Below are positions 56,114 to 62,904 of a stretch of 64,000 nucleotides of DNA, one piece after another. Source of the DNA: Chlamydiota bacterium (GTDB lineage Bacteria; Chlamydiota; Chlamydiia; Chlamydiales; Parachlamydiaceae); assembly GCA_013287915.1 (NCBI GenBank), contig JABDCX010000001.1, forward strand, positions 8,876-72,875, given 5' to 3'. The position numbers and the translations under genes were made by a program. The notes under the pieces were generated by a model. It was not told the DNA's origin, ran no database searches, and saw only the letters and a program-made list of their open reading frames with translations. Within the stretch, counting starts at the first letter, position 1; each line of letters begins with the position of its first letter.

Positions 56114-56399
56114 GATCCTGTAGAGATATGCCGCCCTTTCAGGGCTCGCCTGATTTGCTATGATAAACCCAGGCCTCCGCTTCGCTCCGACCTGGGCTAT
56201 GAGATGCCGGCCCGTTGGGCCTTAGCAGCAGTCAACATAACATCTCAAAAGCTACTCCATAGTTAATCGATCACGTTGTAGAGGCCCAACGGGCCGGCAT
56301 CTCATAGCCCAGGTCGAAGTGAGCGCAAGCGAACGGAGGCCTGGGTAAACACGTACCCAAGTGACGAGCCCTGAAAGGGCGGCATATCACTCTAGGATC
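56114..56399. mobile_element. REP/MITE-like nested-palindrome element, full copy (286 bp)
   Basis: TIRs are GATCCTGTAGAGATATGCCGCCCTTTCAGGGCTCG ... CGAGCCCTGAAAGGGCGGCATATCACTCTAGGATC. The inner ACCCAGGCCTCCGCTTCGCTCCGACCTGGGCTATG module and its inverted partner are present. The central core differs from the 26475 copy. Confidence 0.85.
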
Positions 56400-56508
56400 T
56401 TCGAAATCGGGTGTAAGATTTTTTATTGTCACTTTTGCAACCGTCTCTCAAGGTCCTCTTGCTGCTTGCGGAAAATGGCAGTAAGTTCCTATGATAGGTG
56501 GGTTCTTT

Positions 56509-56596
56509 GGAAAGATGGCTGAGTGGCCGAAAGCACGTCCCTGCTAAGGACGCATACCCCTAAAGGGTATCGAGGGTTCAAATCCCTCTCTTTCCG
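56509..56596 (+). tRNA. tRNA-Ser (anticodon GCU)
   Basis: An 88-nt class II tRNA: acceptor GGAAAGA/TCTTTCC, anticodon arm CGTCC-CTGCTAA-GGACG, a long variable arm ATACCC-CTAAA-GGGTAT, T arm GAGGG-TTCAAAT-CCCTC. Confidence 0.92.
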
Positions 56597-56631
56597 CATC
56601 GGGCTTTGGGTCGTTGATCCAAAGCCTATTT

Positions 56632-58155
56632 TTAGTAAAGATCCGGGTCAACCGGATATTTCCCCTTAAAGTCCAAGCATTCAAAAATCAAAGCTCCTTT
56701 GCTGACGGAACCGTTCGCCAAAAAGAGGGGCGCGATTTCAACCAAGCGGACGGAACCAAAATAAGGGGCTAGGCGTTCTAAATAGTTGGTTGTTAAGGTG
56801 GGATCGTTGAGTTGAGGAATATTCTCAACGACGACAAAGAAACAACGTTTTCCAGATTGACTCGTTAACTTTGGCCAATAAGAAAATTGGTTCTTGCGCA
56901 CGCCCATCAAATTAAAAAAATGGGCCATGTTCTGTTCGGGCCCATAAAAACTGAGCTCGCTGACGGTTTGGTATTTATCGGAGATGAGAGCGTCCGCAGC
57001 AGGATGGTATCCCGCCTTCGTCAAAGCAGAATCGAGCTGCCCCCACCCAATGTTGTGTCGAAAAGGATTCACTTTGTAGGGGATCTGTCCTGTGATTGAC
57101 TGCTCTTGGAGCGTGGGAATCGCAAAGGCCGCAAGCGTGAGTGCGACGGACAAAGCTACCCCCGCTACCGTCCAGCGGTAAGCTTTTGAATTGTCCTGAA
57201 TGAACCAGCTTAATAACACAAAGGCGGACGGATAGGCAGCAATGGGCCAATTTCCCTGCATCTTCATAAACAACGACATTCCAAAGCCTCCGAGCAAAAT
57301 CACCGCCGTTGCCAAAGCAAAAAACTGGATCGGGGGAGAAATCTGTCGATAGCGGCGAAAAGCCAAAAAGAGCGCTGCACATATTAATATAAATAGGATA
57401 GGAGAGGCGATGGCTAACTGGGAACCGATGAACTCAAGGGGATTGCCTGCAAACAGGCCGCTGCCCCTCCCATGCCCTCCAGAAACGGTCGAAAAGACGT
57501 GTCGGAAGGTGGCAAAATCGTGCTGGCTATTCCAATACACGCTTGGCAACAATCCTAACAGCGAAATGCCTAGCCCAAGCAGCGCCTGAGATGAAACCAT
57601 CCATCTGTGAAATGGCCAACAGACCAGTAACAAAATCCACAAAAAATAGATAGGCCACTTAAAGAGGGCCCCGCAACCAATGAGAAAACCCACGATCAAA
57701 TAATTGGGCGTTTTCTTCTCAAACAAGCTGGGGCCTAAATACGCTAAGCAGGCAGTCCAAAAGAGAAGCATCCCACCGTCAGTAATGGCAAAGAGGGAAG
57801 AGAGGATCCCCATTGGACTTAAGGCAAATGCAACCGCCCCACAAAGAGCCCACTTGGGGGAAACAGAGCTGCGTTGCGCTGTCACATAAATCAAAATGGG
57901 AAGAAGAGATCCGATGAGGATCGAAAAGAAGCGGACACCCAAAGGGTTACTGCCAAACAGTTGCGTGCCTAGCCAGATCTGCCACGCAATGCCTGGCGGC
58001 TTGCTATAATACCCCCAATCGAGGTTTTGGCTCCACGTCCAGTACTGAGCCTCATCGGGACCTAATCCAATGGGCCCCCGTAAAATCAATTCCACCATCA
58101 AAATGGCTTTTACGAGAATGAGCGCCGCAAGAATGAGTGATTCTTTTCTAAACAT
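56632..58155 (-). CDS. ArnT/PMT-like polytopic glycosyltransferase (GT39/GT83-type)
   Basis: Has many TM helices and the motif GLGPDEAQYWTWSQNLDWGYYSKPPG typical of the ArnT/PMT_2 family. The ORF track begins at 58233. The ATG at 58155 gives the usual roughly 30-aa lead-in and leaves a 97-nt divergent promoter region. Confidence 0.75.
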   Translation of the reverse strand: MFRKESLILAALILVKAILMVELILRGPIGLGPDEAQYWTWSQNLDWGYYSKPPGIAWQIWLGTQLFGSNPLGVRFFSILIGSLLPILIYVTAQRSSVSPKWALCGAVAFALSPMGILSSLFAITDGGMLLFWTACLAYLGPSLFEKKTPNYLIVGFLIGCGALFKWPIYFLWILLLVCWPFHRWMVSSQALLGLGISLLGLLPSVYWNSQHDFATFRHVFSTVSGGHGRGSGLFAGNPLEFIGSQLAIASPILFILICAALFLAFRRYRQISPPIQFFALATAVILLGGFGMSLFMKMQGNWPIAAYPSAFVLLSWFIQDNSKAYRWTVAGVALSVALTLAAFAIPTLQEQSITGQIPYKVNPFRHNIGWGQLDSALTKAGYHPAADALISDKYQTVSELSFYGPEQNMAHFFNLMGVRKNQFSYWPKLTSQSGKRCFFVVVENIPQLNDPTLTTNYLERLAPYFGSVRLVEIAPLFLANGSVSKGALIFECLDFKGKYPVDPDLY

Positions 58156-58252
58156 AGGAAGAAAGTAACAAACGGAGCCAAATAAATCAAAAAAACTTGC
58201 AATTATATCGTTTTTTTCTATAGTTGGGCGCATAACAGAAAAAGGAAAATAG

Positions 58253-58840
58253 ATGCTACATGATCGCTGTATTGCCCCCTTTGCCCGTTTCCTACTCTGT
58301 TGTTTTATTCTGCTTGTGTGCGGTAACTTACAGGCCGAAATTCAAACTGATGTGGAACTTAGATACGGCGTTCTTTTCCCAAGCTCTTCTCTTGTAAGAG
58401 AACTCTACGGAAACGTCCTTCCCAGTTACCAAATCGAAGCAACCGTCTCGATGTGTGGTTGTTACTCCCTTTGGACCAGTCTAGACTTTACAAAAGGGAG
58501 GGGAAACAGGTGTGCGTGCGATGTGAAAACGTGGCTGAATCTGTACACCTGGGGACTAGGAGTCAAAGGCCACTATTGCCTCGCTTCTTGCCTCGAAGGG
58601 TATTTGGGTATCGGAATGACCTGTGCCAATACTCACGTCAAAAACAAGCGTTGTTGCTTCGACGAAAAAGTGTCCCGCGTCTCGGTTGGCGGTATCGTCA
58701 AAGGGGGGCTGACCTACGCACTCGACTGCAACTGGTTTATCGATCTATTTTGCGACTACACTTACCAACCCGTTCATTTTGAGCGCCATACAAATGTAGG
58801 TGGAATCACGACGGGTTTGGGTATAGGATACACATTCTGA
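58253..58840 (+). CDS. Small cysteine-rich outer-membrane beta-barrel protein (8-strand OmpW/OmpX-size)
   Basis: AAGGAAA SD, a signal peptide (...LLVCGNLQA), alternating hydrophobic strands and a terminal GLGIGYTF beta-signal. It has many Cys residues. Confidence 0.6.
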   Translation: MLHDRCIAPFARFLLCCFILLVCGNLQAEIQTDVELRYGVLFPSSSLVRELYGNVLPSYQIEATVSMCGCYSLWTSLDFTKGRGNRCACDVKTWLNLYTWGLGVKGHYCLASCLEGYLGIGMTCANTHVKNKRCCFDEKVSRVSVGGIVKGGLTYALDCNWFIDLFCDYTYQPVHFERHTNVGGITTGLGIGYTF

Positions 58841-58841
58841 A

Positions 58842-59909
58842 ATGATACTAAAAAGCATCAAAGCGCGCATCAAGAAGATGGGCATGCCTGCTGGCGTCCT
58901 CATCAATGGGACCGGAACACTGCCCCACCAAGTGCAAATCACGGTTGTCGATTACAACGACACCACGATAAAGGAAAAGGTGGGCGCAACGGTGCAAGAG
59001 TGCCAATCGTACCTCAAGAGCCCACTTAACACCTGGATCCACATCTGCGGCATCCACGACAAAGAGACGATCGAACTCATTGGGAACCAATTTGGCCTCC
59101 ATCCTCTGCTATTAGAAGATATCATGACAGCAGGGCAACGCTCTAAATTAGACGATTATAAAGATACGCTCTTCTTCGTGACGCAAACTTTGACTTACAA
59201 TGAAGAGAATCAGCACGCAGAGGATGAGCAGGTCAGCATCGTCTTGGGGAAAAATTTCCTCATCTCGTTTGTAGAATCGAACAGAGACTTCTTCAATCCT
59301 GTGAGGGAACGTTTGCGCAATCCTCAAAGCCGCGTGAGGCAACGTGGCACCGATTACCTGTGCTACGCCCTCATCGACTGCATTGTAGACAGCTATTTCC
59401 TCATCTTAGAAAAAGTAGATGCAAAAATTGAGAATCTCGAAAGCGAGCTGATCAAAACACCAGAACCCAAAACGCTACAAAAAATCCAACACTCGAAAAG
59501 GGAAATTACGCTTTTGCGTAAATCTGTTTGGCCAATGCGTGAAGTGATCAGCAACTTTAGACGGATTGAATCGCCCCTCATTACCGATGGGACAAAACTC
59601 TATCTCCACGACGTGTACGACCACACCATCCAAGCGATCGATACGATCGAAAGCTTCCGCGACCTCACGTCGGGCATGCTCGACATCTATCTCTCGAACA
59701 TCAGTCAGCGGATGAACGAAATCATGAAGGTCTTGACGATCGTCGCCACGATCTTCGTCCCCCTTACCTTCATTGCAAGCCTCTACGGCATGAATTTCGA
59801 GAATATCCCAGAAATACACACCCACTGGGGCTATTACGTCGTCCTAGGCGTCATGGCCACAATCGCCCTGTGCATGCTCATGTTCTTCCGCCGAAAAAAG
59901 TGGATCTAG
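58842..59909 (+). CDS. corA: Magnesium/cobalt transporter CorA
   Basis: Contains YGMNF (the GMN motif) followed by two C-terminal TM helices, with family-typical length. Confidence 0.93.
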   Translation: MILKSIKARIKKMGMPAGVLINGTGTLPHQVQITVVDYNDTTIKEKVGATVQECQSYLKSPLNTWIHICGIHDKETIELIGNQFGLHPLLLEDIMTAGQRSKLDDYKDTLFFVTQTLTYNEENQHAEDEQVSIVLGKNFLISFVESNRDFFNPVRERLRNPQSRVRQRGTDYLCYALIDCIVDSYFLILEKVDAKIENLESELIKTPEPKTLQKIQHSKREITLLRKSVWPMREVISNFRRIESPLITDGTKLYLHDVYDHTIQAIDTIESFRDLTSGMLDIYLSNISQRMNEIMKVLTIVATIFVPLTFIASLYGMNFENIPEIHTHWGYYVVLGVMATIALCMLMFFRRKKWI

Positions 59910-60996
59910 GTTTAATGAGAAAGTAGCTCTGGCTTCTTCCTCCTTCAGGACTCTTAGCAAGAATTCCCCGATCAACAAGTTCGATTAGATCGCGGTAAGC
60001 GGTATCTTGGGAACACTTTGTCAACTTAGCCCATTTAGTCGAGGTAAGTTTTCCTTGAAAGTCTTCTAACAAGAGATTGATGACTTTCCGCTGTCTGTCG
60101 TTTAAAGAAACTCCCGCAAGAGTTTCCCAAAACTGTTTTTTTTCTAAAATGGCTTCCAAAGTGGATAAAGCCGATTTCATTGCCTTGTCCAGACAATTGA
60201 AAAACCATTGGATCCAAGGGGTGATATCCAATTTTCCTTTTTGAGTTTTTTCTAAAATGTCGTAATACTCTCTTCTTTGTAATTGAATTTGAGCAGAGAG
60301 ACTGTAAAAACGGTGAGAACTATTTTCCGACCTTGCTAAGAGCAAGTCAGCAATAGCTCGTCCGATGCGACCATTTCCATCATCAAAAGGGTGGATGGTT
60401 ACAAACCATAAATGGGCAATCGCCGCTTTCAAAACCGGGTCGATAGAGGTGTTCTGATTTAGCCAGTTTAGGAACAGTCCCATTTCATGTTCAACAAGTT
60501 TGGCTGCGGGAGCCTCAAAGTGGACGGTCTCTTTATCCGGCCGGTCGGAAACAACAAAAACCGGTCCCAAGCGCCATCCACCCACCAGAATTTTTGACAT
60601 ACCGCTGCGACCTGTCGGAAACAAAGCCGCATGCCAAGCAAATACTCTTTCCTGAGTTAGGGGTTGATCAAATTTTTGTGTAGCATCGAGCATCATCTCA
60701 ACAACGCCTTCAACATTCCGATCAACAGGATCAAGAGCTGCACTCTCTATACCAAGACGACGCGCAATGGAGGATCGCACTGAAGAATAATCTAAAATCT
60801 CTCCTTCAATTTCGCTTGATTTCACGACATCTTGTGTTAAAGTCTTTAAAACTGTCTCTTCGCGAAGAAAGAAACCAACTGATTCCATCCCTCCGATCAA
60901 GCGCCCTTGCAGATGTCGCAGGGGAATTAGCAAAGCATTGATCCTTTCTTGATCCCAAGTAAAATTTGGCCAGTTTTCAAGTTGGTAGATGTACAT
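59878..60996 (-). CDS. fic: Fic family protein (class II: N-terminal inhibitory helix, Fic core, C-terminal winged-helix)
   Basis: Has the Fic motif HPFDDGNGRIGR and an N-terminal SSEIEG that fits the (S/T)xxxE(G/N) inhibitory motif. The Fic_N-like start is MYIYQLENWPNFTWD. The C-terminal part looks like a wHTH. Confidence 0.9.
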   Translation of the reverse strand: MYIYQLENWPNFTWDQERINALLIPLRHLQGRLIGGMESVGFFLREETVLKTLTQDVVKSSEIEGEILDYSSVRSSIARRLGIESAALDPVDRNVEGVVEMMLDATQKFDQPLTQERVFAWHAALFPTGRSGMSKILVGGWRLGPVFVVSDRPDKETVHFEAPAAKLVEHEMGLFLNWLNQNTSIDPVLKAAIAHLWFVTIHPFDDGNGRIGRAIADLLLARSENSSHRFYSLSAQIQLQRREYYDILEKTQKGKLDITPWIQWFFNCLDKAMKSALSTLEAILEKKQFWETLAGVSLNDRQRKVINLLLEDFQGKLTSTKWAKLTKCSQDTAYRDLIELVDRGILAKSPEGGRSQSYFLIKPRSTFFGGRT

Positions 60997-61033
60997 GTCC
61001 TTACGTTACAAGATAACCAGTCTTTATGCAAGA

Positions 61034-61199
61034 GTATTCTCCGCATATTTTGCGGAGAATAGTGGGCTTATTCTCCGCATTTTTGATAAATCCCACGCCA
61101 AAAGACCAAGGAATGCGCTCCAAAATCGGGGCAGGATTATTTTCCGCACATTTTGCGGAGAATAGGGAGGTTATTCTCCGCATCTTTGCTAACTCCCAC
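61034..61199. repeat. Two 63-bp repeat units (61034-61096, 61137-61199), each carrying the 10-mer ATTCTCCGCA in direct / inverted / direct order
   Basis: 10-mer copies lie at 61036-45 (+), 61051-60 (inverted), 61070-79 (+, followed by TTTTT), 61139-48 (+, one mismatch), 61154-63 (inverted) and 61173-82 (+). Both units end in ...TCCCAC. The units are offset by 103 nt, which is not a multiple of 3. Confidence 0.85.
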
Positions 61200-61210
61200 T
61201 GCCAGAAGAT

Positions 61211-61296
61211 CATGGAATGCATTCCCATATTTTCACTCAAAATCATGGAATGCAATCCCATATTTTCACTCAAAACAATGGAATGCATTCCATTGT
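61211..61296. repeat. Tandem 33-bp repeat (2.6 copies), each copy carrying a GGAATGCATTCC-type palindrome
   Basis: CATGGAATGCATTCCCATATTTTCACTCAAAAT occurs at 61211-43 and 61244-76 (2 mismatches), and a partial third copy is at 61277-96. The third copy forms the 20-nt perfect palindrome CAATGGAATGCATTCCATTG directly downstream of the comF stop. Confidence 0.85.
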
Positions 61297-61298
61297 TG

Positions 61299-62045
61299 TT
61301 AAATGGCCCGGCAGAGGGTCAAGCCGTGGATGGCCGTGGGGTAGAGGGGGGCGAGAGCTTCTGCAGAGCAGCGCAAGGAGCTGCCCGTCGTCATCACGTC
61401 GTCGATTAACAAGATCGATTTGTCAAAGTGGGACGCTCCCTTTTCTAACGCAAAATCGGCATGGTTTAGCTCCTTCCGTTGCCCGACGGTTAAGCCGGCT
61501 TGGCTAAAACCTGTCGATTTGCGATGGAGCAATTCCACGACAGGGCGATCGAGGAAACGAGCCAGCGCGTTTGCCAAGAGGAGGCTTTGGTTATAGCCGC
61601 GCTCTAACTTGCGCAAACGGGGCATGGGCATCGGAACGATCAGATCGGGAATGGGCCAGCCTAACTCGGCATGCTGATAGGCCAAATAAGCCCCGCATCC
61701 GCTTGCCAAATGATCCTGCCCTCCGTATTTGAGATGGCGTACCAAAGAGGCTGCCGGGCCAAGGTAATCAAAGACAGCAGCGACCGCTTTCAGAGGTAAC
61801 GGATCGGCAACACACGAGGCGCAGCACTTCTCTTGCATCGGATTAAAGTCTGCGGAAAAACAGAAGGGGCACCGTTCCATTTTTTGAATCGGAGTGAACT
61901 GCAGCAAACAGGTTGCACAGAAAATCTGATTTTCGCCTTCTAAGGAACCTTCACAATGAAAACAGAGGGGAGGATAGAGAAGATTGCACGTGTGCCGAAA
62001 AAATCCTTTAAAAGAACCGATCAATTGTAGCATCGATGTGAGCAC
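61299..62045 (-). CDS. comF: ComF-family protein (N-terminal Cys4 zinc ribbon + phosphoribosyltransferase domain)
   Basis: Has CxxC pairs (CFHC...CATC; CPFC...CASC) and the PRT motif ILLIDDVMTTGSS. Confidence 0.85.
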   Translation of the reverse strand: MLTSMLQLIGSFKGFFRHTCNLLYPPLCFHCEGSLEGENQIFCATCLLQFTPIQKMERCPFCFSADFNPMQEKCCASCVADPLPLKAVAAVFDYLGPAASLVRHLKYGGQDHLASGCGAYLAYQHAELGWPIPDLIVPMPMPRLRKLERGYNQSLLLANALARFLDRPVVELLHRKSTGFSQAGLTVGQRKELNHADFALEKGASHFDKSILLIDDVMTTGSSLRCSAEALAPLYPTAIHGLTLCRAI

Positions 62046-62904
62046 TCATTTCCTCGTCGTAATGATTGTAGTGTTTCTTAACCCACTCTTTCATCTTCTC
62101 TCCCACCAATCTTGCATCTCGTTGAGCGCTATTTTTATCCTTCATCGACTCGTCTGCAAGAAGTTTCCCTACATCTAGGTGGATCGGTTGCTCTCCAATA
62201 AATCCTGTATTGCGATCAACGCCATGATCGTGATCGAATAGCCCTTTTCGGTATTCACCGGCATACAGGCCAAATATTTGGGTGATCTTCCCTTTAGCCG
62301 CATCGAGTTGCCCCGTTTTCAGCAAGCCGTCTAACGTCGCATCAAGAGGAACGCCTCTCTTTTGCAAAATAAAGGGGTAATGCTCCAATGGGATCTCGTA
62401 GTGAAGTCCGAGCTTATCTTCAATCGACACTTTTCGCGAGGAGTTCCCCTCGGTGTTGAGCTGGATAAAAATCAAGCCGCTCTCTTCCCGATCGTTGTGA
62501 AAGGCCAGTAGATACGATTGAAAAACGCCGTTGAGTTTTCTCTCCTTCCGCTGCTTTACTTTCTCTACATAAGTGGCAATCGGTCCAAACGGGGGAAGCC
62601 ACTCTAGATAGGGCGTTGGTCGCAAATGCTTAAATTTAAAAAACTTTAAAACGTATTCTCCATCAGCGCTGGCAAACACATACGACTGAGCGCCTTTTCC
62701 CAAATAGCGATAGGGCTGTGCAAGGATGGCGTTTAATCGCTCTTCCTCAACAGCGGCGAGCGGAGGCAGATTCCATTCGGGATGATGCGCTACTACAGAG
62801 GTGATATTGCTCAACCGAAAATCGTCGGTGAGGGCGTAGTAAACTCTCGATACCCCAGCGATCGCCAGGATCGCCGCTAAAAAAGTCACTAAAAACCGCT
62901 TCAT
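62008..62904 (-). CDS. Membrane-anchored hypothetical protein with protein-kinase-like fold features
   Basis: It has an N-terminal TM anchor, a Gly-rich loop LGKGAQSYVF, YVLKFFK (VxK), DHDHGVDRNTGF (catalytic-loop-like D...N), and IHLDVGK (DFG-position Asp). These were read by eye only. Confidence 0.45.
   Translation of the reverse strand: MKRFLVTFLAAILAIAGVSRVYYALTDDFRLSNITSVVAHHPEWNLPPLAAVEEERLNAILAQPYRYLGKGAQSYVFASADGEYVLKFFKFKHLRPTPYLEWLPPFGPIATYVEKVKQRKERKLNGVFQSYLLAFHNDREESGLIFIQLNTEGNSSRKVSIEDKLGLHYEIPLEHYPFILQKRGVPLDATLDGLLKTGQLDAAKGKITQIFGLYAGEYRKGLFDHDHGVDRNTGFIGEQPIHLDVGKLLADESMKDKNSAQRDARLVGEKMKEWVKKHYNHYDEEMSAHIDATIDRFF

Noticed and set aside
58253-58840. Small OMP as a PagL-type lipid A deacylase (tempting next to an ArnT-like gene)
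   Set aside because: The C-terminal RHTNVGG does not reproduce the PagL H-x-S-N catalytic spacing, because a Thr is adjacent to the His and there is no Ser two residues on. I therefore called it only a generic small beta-barrel.
61211-61296. Possible CRISPR array
   Set aside because: The 33-bp units are directly adjacent with no spacers. There are only 2.6 copies and no cas genes in the window.
61001-61409. ORF 61001-61288 (-, 95 aa, ends 4 nt before the fic ATG, so it could be mistaken for a Fic antitoxin) and ORF 61026-61409 (+, 127 aa)
   Set aside because: Both are built from the tandem and inverted repeats. The two 63-bp units are read in different frames (103-nt offset). No (S/T)xxxE(G/N) antitoxin motif is present, and the Fic protein already carries its own inhibitory helix. 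The plus-strand ORF runs antisense into comF. A small coupled peptide cannot be fully excluded without ribosome profiling.
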